Source: a virus (Duplodnaviria > Caudoviricetes). From it: a DNA stretch of 64,000 nucleotides. Below the pieces are notes generated by a model. That model did no database searches. It was not told the DNA's origin and worked only from the letters and a program-made list of their open reading frames with translations. The DNA lies in the IMG/VR virus record IMGVR_UViG_3300032312_001422, positions 192,001 through 256,000 of that record. One strand, 5' to 3'. The translations under genes were made by a program, and so were the position numbers. Shown piece by piece: positions 17,992 to 32,200 of this stretch (positions within the stretch are counted from its first letter, which is position 1; each line of letters starts with the position of its first letter).

Positions 17992-19569
17992 TTAGCCAAT
18001 CTGGAACCAAAAATCTCCATCGTCTCCGCCGGTGGGACCACTAGTGCTCACAGTATAACGACTACCTTGCCAACGAGTTAAATTACCAGTGATTGCACCA
18101 CGAACAAATGCTGTAGTTGCAATTTTTGTACTGTTATCTGTTGATAAGGGAGTGTCTGATGTTGCGTTTCCAGAAAATGCCGGGCTAACACTATTTGCTT
18201 TACCAGATAATCCAACGGCCAAGTTTGACGCTGTTGTTGTAGCCAATGCTGTAACTACTGTATTGGTATAGTTAGTGCCAATCAAATCGGCTGCATCAAC
18301 ATAGGCCGTGGTTGCAATACGTGTACTATTGTCATTGGCTGCGGGTGTAGGAGCAGTTGCATTTCCTGTAAATGCAGGACTGTCAATGGTAGACTTAAGA
18401 ACTATGTCGCCCTCAAGACTTGCAATACGTGTGGTCTTGTTGGCCAGGTTAGAATCTATTGTTGCCACGTTGGCTTTAAATGCTGTGTCTAGAGCCGCAA
18501 CATTGGCATTGGTATCTGTGCGTAATTGATTGGTGGCAGATGTTAATACACTGACATTGGTAGTCAATGCCGTAAATGTATCACTGCGTAATTGAGCAAC
18601 ATTGGCATTGACGTTGGCTATGTTGGCCACTAAACTGGTGTTTAGTGCCAATTGAATATCATCAGTGTATGTTTTGGTTGCAATACCCAAGTTATTGGTT
18701 GGGTTAGCGGCCACTGTAATCATGCCGGTGGTGCCGTTGATTCTGAATGCACGAGTATTACCTAGAGTGGTATTGACATAAATGTCAACGTTGCCGCCAA
18801 GTACGGAATTGGTTACTACAAATGCATTGCTACTGTAGAAAACATTGGCATTGGCAATTACTAAATTGCCCACAACACCAAGGTCTGATAAAAAGTCTGT
18901 TCTTGCAGTGGTGCGTGGAAAAGCGTTGGCCCAACTGCCACCCAGTTGTAAACTGTTCATCACATTACCATGCAACATCACATTGGAGGCTAGGGTAATA
19001 CCAGGACGAATAAAACTAAACTGACTGTATGCACCAGTCTGGAATGCGGGATCGTAACTGGCTACCGCAATCAAATTGTTATTGGTGTAAGTGTTAACCA
19101 CAGTATGAGAACTCAAACTGGTATCTGTTACTGTTTCAACCAAAGATCCAGTTTTACCTTGTGTAGCAGAATATGGAGGATTTATTACAGTCCAGGCAGA
19201 TCCGTTATAAAGTTTTAACTGTTGGTCTGCGGTGTCCCACCATTGGTCACCTGTTTTAAATACTGAAGGCGCTGTTGCTCCAACAGTTCTTTCGCTAACA
19301 TTAACAAACTCCGATCCATTGTAAACACGAAGTCGTTGGTTTGTGGTATCCCACCAGAGCTGTCCAGCAATTGGGGCAAATCCTACACTTTGTCCTGGAG
19401 GCAAAGTGCTGGCAAAATTTTCCAACAATCTGATAAAATTTTCATTTTGAATTTCGCCGTAGCTGGTATAGTTGCGACCAATTAAAGTTAATCCAGTTTC
19501 AGTATTGGTGGTACCATCCAATAGTGTGGTCAGGACCGACCCATCTGTTTTGTTAACAATATAACTCAT
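17992..19569 (-). CDS. Tail fibre / baseplate wedge-like protein
   Basis: Shared N-terminal module (NENFIRLLENFA...GQLWWD), a central coiled coil and two DNSTxIATTAxV repeats. Confidence 0.7.
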   Translation of the reverse strand: MSYIVNKTDGSVLTTLLDGTTNTETGLTLIGRNYTSYGEIQNENFIRLLENFASTLPPGQSVGFAPIAGQLWWDTTNQRLRVYNGSEFVNVSERTVGATAPSVFKTGDQWWDTADQQLKLYNGSAWTVINPPYSATQGKTGSLVETVTDTSLSSHTVVNTYTNNNLIAVASYDPAFQTGAYSQFSFIRPGITLASNVMLHGNVMNSLQLGGSWANAFPRTTARTDFLSDLGVVGNLVIANANVFYSSNAFVVTNSVLGGNVDIYVNTTLGNTRAFRINGTTGMITVAANPTNNLGIATKTYTDDIQLALNTSLVANIANVNANVAQLRSDTFTALTTNVSVLTSATNQLRTDTNANVAALDTAFKANVATIDSNLANKTTRIASLEGDIVLKSTIDSPAFTGNATAPTPAANDNSTRIATTAYVDAADLIGTNYTNTVVTALATTTASNLAVGLSGKANSVSPAFSGNATSDTPLSTDNSTKIATTAFVRGAITGNLTRWQGSRYTVSTSGPTGGDDGDFWFQIG

Positions 19570-19573
19570 GGCA

Positions 19574-20260
19574 TTATCCTATCGAGCTAAGGTTAGTTAG
19601 AGTTTGAATACGCACAGTATAGTCTATTTGAATTAATCGATTTAGTGATTTTTGCACAGGGTGGAATACCACGTGTGTTAGCAACAGACCAGTTGAGGTT
19701 AAACCTGTAGTACCGTCTGTGCTACGACCACGCAAGCCCAATTCATCAAACACATATTCACTGTTTAAGTTTTGACTGTTGTCAAACAGGGCTTGTCCAC
19801 TAGGCTCGCCGTAGTCCAACAAACAAGTAACTAGAATATCTGTGTAAATTGTGCCGGGAATATGTGCCACAGTCATTTTGTTATTGACTGGATCTAGATT
19901 GGCAACCGCGGTATTGTCTACAATTTTACTAAATGTGGGATTGTACAGATTTGAGCTTTGTCCTAGAGTGTTTGTGGGAAGATATGTGATAATACCAGTG
20001 GTGTCAACACTTGTTCCGCCGTTGCCCAAGACCATTTCATAGATAAAATTCTGTCCTTTGTTGGCAACACTACTGGCCAATGCACGGCTAAAGTTTTCGT
20101 AGTGAATAGCGTTGGACTTGTCGATGTAAACTTCACCAGATTCTGGATCATGTATTTTGATATGCCCACGGACATAAATGCCGGATGTATCGTCTGGCTG
20201 TTTTTGTGTATTTTCCACTGCTGTTTCCTCTAAATTTTGTTTGTTATCAGTATTTATCAT
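19574..20260 (-). CDS. Virion structural protein; start revised to ATG 20260 (MINTDNKQ...)
   Basis: ATGA overlap with the stop of the 4194-aa gene; the track start at 20359 lies inside the upstream gene. Confidence 0.7.
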   Translation of the reverse strand: MINTDNKQNLEETAVENTQKQPDDTSGIYVRGHIKIHDPESGEVYIDKSNAIHYENFSRALASSVANKGQNFIYEMVLGNGGTSVDTTGIITYLPTNTLGQSSNLYNPTFSKIVDNTAVANLDPVNNKMTVAHIPGTIYTDILVTCLLDYGEPSGQALFDNSQNLNSEYVFDELGLRGRSTDGTTGLTSTGLLLTHVVFHPVQKSLNRLIQIDYTVRIQTLTNLSSIG

Positions 20261-23200
20261 GGTGTGTATCCTGGTGATGCCATCAAGAACGAAGCTTGTG
20301 CTGTAGTACTGTTGGCAAGGGTATTTCCGTAGAACGCATTTGTAACATTTCCGTACCAAATACTACTTTGTGTTACATACGTATTGGCCAATATGGTCAC
20401 ATTACCAACACTACTTACTTGTCCTAGTACATTGGCATACATTACTGTGGTTGCAGTTGTTGTTGCATTTCCTGTAATTCTGCTGACAATAGAAATTGTG
20501 TTGGCATTGCCCGTAAAAATGTTTCCTGTGTGTGGCAATACTGCTATGTTTGATGCAGTTGTTACTGTTTCTAACAAGCGTAAATTAGCAATATTTGTCA
20601 AAATATAATCGCCAATGTTTGCAGTAATATTGCCGTTTAATCGCAGTCTCAGTGCAACGTTAGATGTTGTATTAATTGCTGTGTTTGCAACTACGCTGGT
20701 ATTGCTAATCACAATATCTGGTATAGTTTGTTGTTCGCTTGAGTCTACCACTCTGGTATTGGCAAGATGTCGTACATTATTTGTGCCTGTGTACAACAAC
20801 CGAACATTGGATTCTATACTTGCATATCCTGAGTCTATGCGTCCGGTGTATTTTACATTTGCATTTGCACTAACGTTGGCAAAACTGCTACCATACACGT
20901 TGGCACCAACATTACTAGAAACCTGATACACATTGGATCCATAAAAGAAATAGGTGTTTGGTGCCAACACAACATTAGATCTCCACGATATATCAAATCC
21001 GTAAACATTACCAGTGGTCACATAAGTGTTGCCATTGTATGTGATATATGTTCCGGTAGATAGTGTTACATTAGTGGACCAAGGTGTAGTATTTAGACTG
21101 TTAGGTGCTGTTCCATCTGTAGCACGACGTATCTGTCCCAATACATTGGCTGTATTGGCAATCAGTGCAACATTAGAATTTATTGTGGCAAATCCTGAAT
21201 TTTCATTGTTGTATATCAATGCTGTGTTGGCTGAAATATTAGCAAAATATGGTGCATTAACATTGCCAGTGACTCGATAACTGTTACCGCTGAAGTACAC
21301 ATAACTATTGGCACCAAAGGTTGTGTTTGCAGTCCAAGGAGTATTTGGTGCGTACACGTTGCCCAGGGTTAGGTAGATATTTCCATTGAATGATGTTACA
21401 GTATCTGTTGGAATAACAGCGTTGGCTGTCCATGCTGTTATTGTTTCTTGAGCGTAGTTTCTGTAGTAGCTGATTTTTTCGCCATTGACGAAAATAACGC
21501 CTGGAATACCTGCATCTCTATTTGGGTTTGGTAATCGTGTACCATCAGTTACAAATATCTTATCGTCGGTAATTAACAAATCTCTAGCCAGTGTAGTTGT
21601 GTATTCATCACTGATTCGATAGAAAGTATGCTCTTCACTCATGTTATCAAACAATCTAAATGCATAATCATTGGTTGCTGGTGCTGTATTTGAGAATACT
21701 TTTAGATTTAAACTGTCAAACATGTGTCCGGGCACCAGCTCTTCTGGAGCATGGCTGCTGAATCTATCAACATACTCGCCGCCATCTACATAAATGTTGC
21801 CAGAGTCTACACCTAAATTGTCAGCAAATCTACTTTGGATTATAGCGTCAATTTTTTCTCCACTGACTTGTGTGACATTGGCAACAATGTTGGCAAAATA
21901 GGTTGCATACACATTTCCTGTAACAATGTAAATATTTCCGCTGTGTGAAATTTGTGTGTCTGTAGCAATATTGGTATTTGCTGTCCACGCAGGAACAGTA
22001 TCATATGCAAAGTATGTGTTGCCATCGACTATGACACCAGGATAATCAATTCCCTCAGCACTGGCACTGAGATCAACGTTTCCGTTGTAGGCCACAATAC
22101 GATCATTGGCGGTTGGGAGTGCTCCAGCATCAATTGACAATACATTAGCAAGTGGGAAATCAACATTGGCACTGACAGTATGCGGAAATATTGACAGCTG
22201 ATATATCTCATTGTCAAGATTTATAACAGTATTTGCAGCTATTACCTGACCGGCAACAACTTCGTTCCACATAACTGCTGCATTGGCATTGGTTAATCCT
22301 GTGGTGGTTGAGTAAGAATTACTCCAATCTTCTATTGCAGGACTAAATTTTTTCCAATCGTAAGTGACACGATCAAATTTAATATTGGTTTTGATACTAC
22401 GAACCACGTTGTGTCCAGTGTCATTGCCGTCAAACACATTGCGTAATACGGCAGTGGCCACAGCACCTGTACCAGTGCCGTTGATAATAACTGCAGGGCT
22501 ACTGGTATATCCTGTTCCGGCACTGATAACAGTGACATTGGCAACTTGACCAAAACCATTTATTTGTGCCACAGCGTTGGCACCAGTGCCTCCACCGCCT
22601 GATATAATAATTTGTGGCGCTGTTACATACCCGGAGCCACCTGCTCCAACCACAACATCAACCACACCATAGGAGTAATTATTTTTCCAATCGTAATAAA
22701 CACGATTGTTTAATAACCCTGTGTCGTAACCTAGTTCTCCACTGGGACTACGATAAACATTGATGTTACTATCCCAATATGGTGCTAGATCAAAGTCGGT
22801 TATGTCGCCACCAAATTCGTCATCTCGCTGATAGTTAATGTTGAACTCACGCAAAATTGTGCGGTATGGTTTAACTTCGTTGATGTAACTTTGATAGAAG
22901 TCTTGATTATCGGTGATATAACTAGCAAACTGTTCAAGTTTACGAATGTATTGTGTGGCACTAATAAAGCTGGTCTTAAATACCCAATCAAGATTTTTTT
23001 GTTCCACCAAGGCATACTTAATCAAATTAAAAAATAATTCATTAAACTCTATAGCCAAGTCGTCAATGAAAATTTCATTTTTAAGACTTAATAAAATTTG
23101 TCGAAATTCTTTTCCAGGTATATGTGTTTCAATTGTGGGTATCTGAACAGTACCGGATCCTAGGCCCACGGTAACGCGATTTAAATTATTATCAATGTAA

Positions 23201-26200
23201 TAGATAGCAAATTCATCATTGCCAGCATTGAGAACTTTGATATAAGTATCTGCTTGTAGTGTTAATTTTCCAAATTCTAAATTATCTGTAACAGTAACAT
23301 CAACAGTTGTAGTTGGGTCAAAATCAACCGAATACCAATCAATGTAATTCCAGTAGAGACTGGTTTTATATGATTGTACCCAGTTGCCAAAGACTCCATT
23401 GCCCAATGGGCGTGTTCCATCTGATGGTACTGCCCAAGCTGTGCCTGTCCAATTGTATATTGCCCACTTGGTAAGATAAGTTGGATCACTGAGTACTAAA
23501 ACTTTATATCCAACAGCCAGATTATCGGTGGTAATGTAAGATAATTCAGATTTGGTATCAATTGCTAAATCGTATTGTCCGGTGCGTGAGCTTGGTACAG
23601 CTTGTTCGCTATTAAGTAAGGTTAATACTTTGCGTTGAGTAACTGGATAGTAGTATAACTTTTGATTTACCTGTGTAATTAAGTTTTTTAATGCGGTATT
23701 GATGTCAATGAACATGGTCTGTCTAGGACGTATGTTAATACCATAACGTTGACTTGCTGGCAGGCCTGGATCAGGGACAGGATTTCCTTCTATGTCTTCT
23801 TCACAAAGACTGTCAATTAATTTATTTACAATGTTGGCAGGCAATTGACTACTGGCACTATTTTCTTGTACTAGTGCATATTCGCTGTGTATTAGTCCGG
23901 CATTGGTGCTTTGGCCGCCTAGATGTAAAACGCTATTTTTTCCCACCAATAGATTTTTAACATTGTATAAAGCTATTGTATCGTTGCGTAGAACTGTGGC
24001 ATATGGTATATTTTGATTTTGTGGATTTTCAATTGCCGAAGTAATGGCAACAATGCTGTTTTGTTTACCAGCACGAGTGTTGGCTTGGTCTCTAAAAGCT
24101 ACCCAAAAATAGTATTTGACCCGCACAGCACCAGACTGATCTACATATCCGTATGTACTGTAAGCTGAGTTGTCTGAGTATAAAGGTATGCCGGATTCTC
24201 CGCTGGCAACAAATTCGCTAGGCAATACAGAACTTTCTACCCACTCGTAAATTTCTATTTTACTTTCAGGAAAACGATTGCCCCAGTGGTTTAATCTATA
24301 AATCAATGAATCTTGTTCATAATTTGTATATCGTAGGTTATCAAGATTCCACCATATGTGGCCAACTTGTGCTGGACCCCAATGGTAATCTTTGTATATG
24401 TTTTGTGTTCCAGCATTGTACGTGGCAGGGTCGTGGTCTAATCGATAATTGATGTCACCAGCAACGCTACTTAAAATTTTACCTTTGGCAGGATCAACTA
24501 TATCCAATGGTGTAATTAAATTATTATTTAACTTGTTGTATATAAAAGATCTGTTGATACTGTCAATGTCAACTTGAGGTTGTTGGCTTCGTGTCAATGC
24601 CCAAGAAGGAGTATTTGTTAAGTTATTAAATGTATATACTATGCCCGATGCAGAATCAGATTCCGGTGCACTGGCCAATAATAGTCCCGGGGCAGCAACA
24701 ATAGCAGAGCCAAAATTATCGCCAGTTTCTAATTGTGCATATCTACCAGTTTCTAATTCTTGAGTAAACGAATATACAACATCAGCGGAATTAGACAAAT
24801 TCATCAAGGGCTCAAATACGTAAACACTACCACTGGCCACAATAGAATCAATAAATTTAGTAGAATTGTTGTCAATCACTGTGACAGAATCGTCAAAAAC
24901 AGTTGTTTCTTCGCTGGCACTACCACGGCTTCCTACTGCAACAAATTTTGCATCTGGACTAACGCTGACTGTGGTACCAAATGAACCCGATTGGTCTCTT
25001 GGGCGAGATATATTCCCAGCACGAACATAATTGTTTCCGGTGTATGTCCAATGTTCAACTATGCCATAAAAATTATCTGTGCCCAATGAAGCAGGAGCAC
25101 CAATGAACACGTTGGCGGCTGTGCTGTCTACACCAATTTGATATCCAAATTGGGCGCCTTGATTTTTATATTCGCTGGTTAATGTTTGTGTCAACGACAA
25201 GGCATTGGTTGTCAAATTGGCTGTGTAATAATAAACATTGCCGTTGTAAGTATAAGTGTTTGTAGCATCAGGTGCTGCAATTAATACGAGAGTTCCGTTA
25301 CCAACAGTTTTGATAACATTACCAAAAGCACCAGTTCCTGTTACAGCGGTGGCCCAGGTATATTTGACATTGGCCCAATTACCATTGGTTGTAGTGTAGG
25401 CTTCAACACGATTGTTGCCACCAATGTATATTTGTTTCATGTCCGCACTCATTGACACGCTAGAGATATTACCTGACATGTTGCCAGTAGTAATAGTTTG
25501 TAACAATGTAATGTTGCCTGCGGTCACGTCAATTTGACGAACATTAGACGTTATTGCAGCAAATTTTTCTGCTGTGGTTTCTAAAAATACGTTGGCCGGA
25601 CACACGTTACCGGTTGTGATGTAGACATTACTCAGATAAGAAATTATAGAATTAACAGGAATAAAATTAACGGCACGAGTGTTGGCTATAATGTTAGCAA
25701 ACGTAGGACCATACACATTACCTGTTGTTACATAGGTATTTGAACCATTGCTAATCTGTGTGTTGATAGCAATTATAGTATTGGCAGTCCAGGCTGTGCC
25801 CAGAGTTGGAAAAGCGTTTGATACCCAAGGAATAGCTATTGTGTTGGCAGTAGTGTTGTCATTGTGTCGGTATACACGAACATTACCTGCGGCAGCAACA
25901 GCCAACAAGTTGCCTTGAGATTCTAGTACGCTTCCAAATTTTGCTTCAGCATTTGAGACTGTGACATTGGCACTATACGTGCCGCCTATGTTGGCAAACA
26001 CCTGTACTTGTTTTTGTCCTGGATTACTGGAATAAAAATATTTGCCTGTGGTACTAATGGTCAATTGACTACCAAATTGATCATTGGCCGTTACTGTATT
26101 GGCAACAAGGTTGCCTGAGGTTGTGTTAGGCCAGGCTTGGTTGAAAGTGTAAACTCCCCAGCCTGCATCTGCGGTAGCTGTGTCAACCCAAATTCTGTCG

Positions 26201-29200
26201 TTGTTAATCCATCCATGCATTGGCAAAAGACCGTCAATCGCTGTCACAGTTGATACTTTAGATGATATCAATTTATATACTGCCGCTTCACTAACAACCG
26301 GGCTGGTTGCAATCAAGTTAGACAATGCTGCTGTGTCTTTTAGTTGTACTGTAACTGTTAAGTCGTTGACAACATCAACTACTTTATAGATGTTGTCATA
26401 ATTGGTACTGAAATTTTCTAAGATAGAATTATCAAAGTATGCAACTTGAAATCCTTTTAGTATCAAAAGATCTCCAACTTGAAATGGATGTCGATCTGTA
26501 AACAATAACTGTGCATAATCATCCAACACATAAGTCAGTGTTGTGGCAGAAATGTCAGTTTCTGTAACACGATACACATTCCATTGATTACCTGTGTCTT
26601 TGGCTGTCCAAATTTTGCTACCAACGCCCACGTCAGGATTTTGATTGTAGTCGTTGATATTAAAGATTGTTAAATCTGCATCATCAACGTGTACATATCC
26701 TGCGGTAGGCAAATCATTGACGTAAAAATCTTTATCTCTGTTGCTGTATATTGCAGTACTGGTGTTAGACAAATTGCTAGAATTGTAAACATTTGATATG
26801 GTCAAATTGGCATTGGCCTGTAAATTAACAATTATGTTGCCAGCAGAGTACGTGTTACCCAGCGTGAATGCCACAGGATTGGTGTTGAAAACAGATTGGT
26901 CTAATACAAATTCTTTAAACTGATTACCATCTAGGTCTCCATACTCACCAACCTTGAATCCCCACTCTTCAAAAATTGCTATATTACCTGTTACGTTGTC
27001 AAAGTTGCCTTTGGTCAAGGCAGTGATAGAATTTAGTGTGCCTTTTTCTTTGATAAGACCCTGATAGAATTTTGTTTGTGTTGCAGTAGTAAGTCCCAGG
27101 TCGGTTAGATAATCTCTTGGTCGGAATCCAATTAGGCCTGCACTGAACAGTTGTAATGTTTCATTGGCCGGCGGCTGGTCAACGTTGTAAATGTTTTCAG
27201 ATTGTTGTGCTAATAGCCCCAGACTTGGCAGTAGTCCAGTTTTTAAATCAGATTCTTGAATTTGTGCCCAATCTGCTACATTGAATTTTGTAGTTGCTGG
27301 TATAGAATCAAGTGCGGTATAATAGTTATTGTTAAAAGTAACAATATCTCCCACTTGATAATCTGTGTCAGCAGTCCAATTAACAACATTTGTGGTGTTG
27401 TACATGTATCCGCTGGCACTGAGTGCGCCAGTCCAGCGTCCAGTTTTGGCCCCCGATAAATTTAATCGATACTGTCTTATTCCTTGTGATGGCACATAGA
27501 TAATGTCGCCAAAGTCACTTTCATTGTCAAATACTAACACATGCTCAAACTGAACTAAATTTAAACTGGCAAAACATATACCTGTTCCGTTGAGTGTGGT
27601 TATACCAAATTGATTGCCAGATGCAAAATTTTCAGTTCTTACAATATTAAAATTTCCACTCTTGATAGGCAAGAAATTTTGATCCAATATGCGGCCTGAA
27701 TTTAGTGTATTGGTTATTTCATCTACCACGGTACCAGATGTTTTCAATATCAATCGATTTGTTGCTGGATTTAATACCAGTACGGTGCCTACTTCCCAAC
27801 CTTGTTGACTCCAGTATAAAAATTCTTTAACGCTGGTTCTAAAGTTTTTTACTTCTTGCAAATCTCGGTCAAATTGATCAAATACAAATCCAATGCTTTC
27901 AAGATATCGTTCATAACTGATCAAGAAATCACTCAATTGTTGTATGTTACGATAGGTGGTGCCATATGGTACCAAAATTGTGCGACTTGTGGTGTCTTGA
28001 TACAGTTTAGCACTAACATCTCCCACTGTGACAGTTTCTGCATTGCCATTGGCAACGCTGGGCAAAATTGTAAAGAATGGATCACTGGTGTTGTATCCAA
28101 CCACACTATATCCAGTGTTGGTACGTTGTACTATTACTGCACTATAGGCAACTACGGCCACAGGTATTGATTTATTTAAATATACATCATAGTTGCTGTC
28201 AGGAATAATAACTCCAGAACGTTTGGCTCCCGGAGTAGTTTGTTCAGCTGTAACTGTTAAAATATTTTTGTCAGTGAATCCGCCAACTTTGTAATTTAGC
28301 TTAACACTTAAATTTTCTAAATAACTAGAAATTTTTTCAACTGGATCTATACCAACGTTTTTAATCACATCAGCAATCCAATTAATGTATCCGCTGGTGC
28401 GGTGTACTACGCCAGTGCGTGTGTCACCATTGATTTTTAAATCAGCCGGGTTAATTTTTTCATTGGTAGCACTACTAAATTGTCCAGTAATGTCGCTAAC
28501 ATAGAATCTTGATGTATCGTATTGTGTTCCAAAGTAACTAGCAGGTTTGGCCATAGCAATAGCCATTTGTACAGCAAATGGGTAGTCACTGCTACGTATC
28601 CATGCTGTTTCTACAGGTCCTTCTTGACCAATCACGTAGTTGTTGCCGGCGGCGGTTAAATTATACTGTTTAACTATGTTGATATCAGTTGGTGGCAACA
28701 AATTTCCGGCGCTGTCTACCGGAATAACCTGAGTTAGTCCAGGGCGAACAAAACGAGCATCAGTATAGGCATTGCCATTGTTCCAGACATAGCCGGCTTC
28801 TAAATCTTCCCAAAGTGTGAAATTACCTCGAGTGTACGGTGCTGAACCGTAACGAGTTTTCCACCAGGCAGGTTCAAATCCAAAGCCCAACATTTCCCAT
28901 GGCGCTCTATTGGGTTGATCGGTATCATACCAATAATTATAAATTGCTCTCCAGTTGCCTTGTAACGGCTTGTCATCTACTGTATCTGTAAATTTTTCAT
29001 AGTTCCAGGTCCAACTGTTGTTGGCATCATACCAACTATTGGTAGTGTAGTCTACATTGTTTGTGCCCGACCATTGTAAAAAATTTCGTGATAGAATTTG
29101 TATAAACTCATCCCGCGAGTATTCGGTTGTTCTAAAGCGTCCGGGAACAATATCATATAAATTGATAATATTTTTAGTATAATCTGCTTTGATATTGTTG

Positions 29201-32200
29201 TAGATACGCTTTTCAAGTTCTAATATATAATCATCGCGGAAGTCACCAAATGCTGGCATCACTGATCCGTCGTGTCCTCTAATAACATCTACAGGAGTCT
29301 GATATGTTGTATCTTGATAAATCAAAGGTTCTGATTTGGGATACAAACCTAGTTTGCTTGGAGTTTCGGGAATAAAGTTTCCGTCGGTGTCAAAGTAATC
29401 TCTAATGACAATCGTATCGTCAATCTCAAACGGGATTGAAAAAGTTACTGCTGGTACTGTGGGACTAAATTCATAGTCCTTGCCCAAGGTCAGTTGCACA
29501 CCATTATGCCAGATTAACACAGCACGATTACTTAATTCAGCAGGATTAAAAATGGTACCAATTTCATAATTGGTTTGTCTAACATTCAATACGGTGTAAG
29601 TTATTGTTGTGTAGTTTCCGCCCTGTGGAACCATGTCTGAATAGTACCAAGGAAAACTGGAATTTTTAACTGAGTTGATATTTCGTAAAATTGTGTCTAC
29701 ACCCGTGATAGGGTCGTTGTAGTTTAGGTCTGACAGGGTTGAGCACAAACTTATAAATTTATTTTTAAATCTACTGTATTCTTTTTTGGCCAAATCAATG
29801 CCATTGACAAAATTAAGCATTGGGTCGTTTAAAAATGTCATTGCATAGACCAATGGGGCAGAGTGTTGATTTAATGTTCCGTTTTGCTGTTTTAGGTACG
29901 TGTCCTGCAGAGGTCTACCACTAACAGCCGTGTTTTCTAAAAGTTTATTGTAGTGAGTTCTAATTTGTCCCAAGGCAATGGTTGAAAAATTTTCATTGAG
30001 AGGATTTTGAATTAGATTTTTTGGAACTTCGTAATGTGCTATTTTACTTGCTGTGTCGCTAAAAATTGCAACGTCAAGTTTGTCGCCTACTGCTGGGTCA
30101 GATAAAAAGACTACAATATTATACATGCCATATGTGGTCAATTCATAATCAACATTTTCTGCCAGCAATATATTGTTTTTATAAACTTTAAGATGTGGTA
30201 TAGTATCGGTTGTTGCGGGCAAAACGTCAACTTGAACAAATGCTCTGTTAACTCCGTTGATGTCAATGACTCGTCCATCAAAGAATTTGGTAAACAGCTG
30301 ATATTGACTACTGTCTTCAGCGCCAGTTACCCAAGAATTTATTTTTGTCTGTGTAGATAGATCATTGTTTTTGATCAAATAGCCTGTGCTACAACTGATA
30401 CTTTGTGTTGCTCCAGTGTTGATATCTGATGTGTAAGTAAAGGAATCTGTATGATAGTAATTTTTAAATACGATGTCGCCAATATTGTTAAAGTTTTGAT
30501 AACTTAGAGGAAATCCTAAAATTGTATCATTGTTACCGGTGCCAACGTTGTAGTTGAAAATCTTGTTGCCAGCAAAGGTTGACCCTGGATAAACAGTTGT
30601 ATCGCTAAAACTATATCCAGCTGCATCAACAAGATCAAACAAGGGAGTTTGATTGATACCAGACTTGGCCTGACTTTCAAACCAATCTGTACCATCAAAG
30701 TAGTAAGTTTTTCCTGCGTTGCTGCCTTCGGTGACCAAAACGTTTTCCCCAGCAAGTACTGGATTGTCGTCTGTGGAAATCAAGTTGATATAATTTTGTC
30801 CGGCTAGGCCTTCAATTACAGTTACTTCCCATATTTTATTTTTAACATTAAGATCATAGTCATTGGCAAATACAACTCTGTGGCCGGGGGCCAAAGTAAT
30901 ACCAGATACCACAGCAGTCGTTTGCCCTTGAACTCGAGTTGCGGGTATAGTTATACCAAATGCATCTGTTTCTGCAAAGGTCACTAGATCCACACTATTC
31001 TTTGCTTGTTGACCAAAGTTAAACAGTTGTAAATCTGGGTCAAACTCAATGATAGGTCTGCGACCAGGCAAATTGAGTCCATAATTTTCAGTGGCATTAT
31101 TGTACTCAGCAGTGGCCGCAATCACATCTTTATGAAACCAACGATTGCTACGTGCCCAAGGATTTCTGTCTCGACTGCCGCGATTGATTGTGATGTAGTC
31201 CGGGCTAGTATCTAATAGGTATCCGTAGGCCTCGGGTACTGTTGTTTGCCCAACCGGTACCAAGTTGATTGCTGTGCCAACACCTTCCACATACCATTCT
31301 CTAACTCTGTAACCCGTGGTTCCGTTCCATTCGCCAACTAGTTCTTCGTTTCGATAAGCCACAGCACCGCCACTGTTACCAGTCACAGTGGCACCCATCT
31401 CATTGAGTGCTGTTAGCCAAGTAGAATAATTGACATATTCAAATTTGTAATATGATGCCGGAGAGACCAAACTGTCAAATTGAATTTTTAATCCATTGGT
31501 AAACACCACACCATTGGGACTGGTATATCCAATTTGACCAATGATTTCTGTGTCAACTTCGATGGTATCTGTTGTGTTGTTTATTATACGTATTTCGCCA
31601 ACAAACCCCGGGTTGCTACTGTCTTGATAATATAAACGATCTGTGTTTGCGGTAATTGCCGGCTCTACGTTATATGCTAAATTATCATTGAGCCAAAACT
31701 TTTGTGAAGCATAGGTTTTACCTGAGCTTATAAAAACTTTTTCTCTTGGTGAAATTGCATTTTCCGGAGACAGTTGTATAATAAAATCTGTAGCAACGCT
31801 ATCAACAGCAACTAAATTAATTTTCCAAGTTTTAACGCGAGTGACATCGTTAATTATATCCCCGGGACGAATACTGGCCACATCCAAACTGGTGTATGCT
31901 GGGTCAACTGCGGGCGTGGTCCAGTATACATTGTCCTCATCGTTGCCAATGAATATTAAAGTTTTATTTTGTAACTGGTTGTTAATTCCATCAATACCAT
32001 CAGGGTACTCGTCTAGGAAATCACTTAACAAACGATTTTGTATGTCAGTATACTTGAGTGTAACAGCAGCATCAACGGTGGATTTGATTGGCATCAAGAT
32101 ATAAAAATCTTGTGCATTATACAAGGGCACACGGAAGGTCACTGTGCCGGTACTGGCACCATTATTGGTAACACCATACACGTCTCGAGTGCTTACTGTG

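Noticed and set aside
12593-19569. Diversity-generating retroelement or invertible tail fibre cassette
   Set aside because: No reverse transcriptase, invertase, template/variable repeat pair or flanking inverted repeats are visible in the window.
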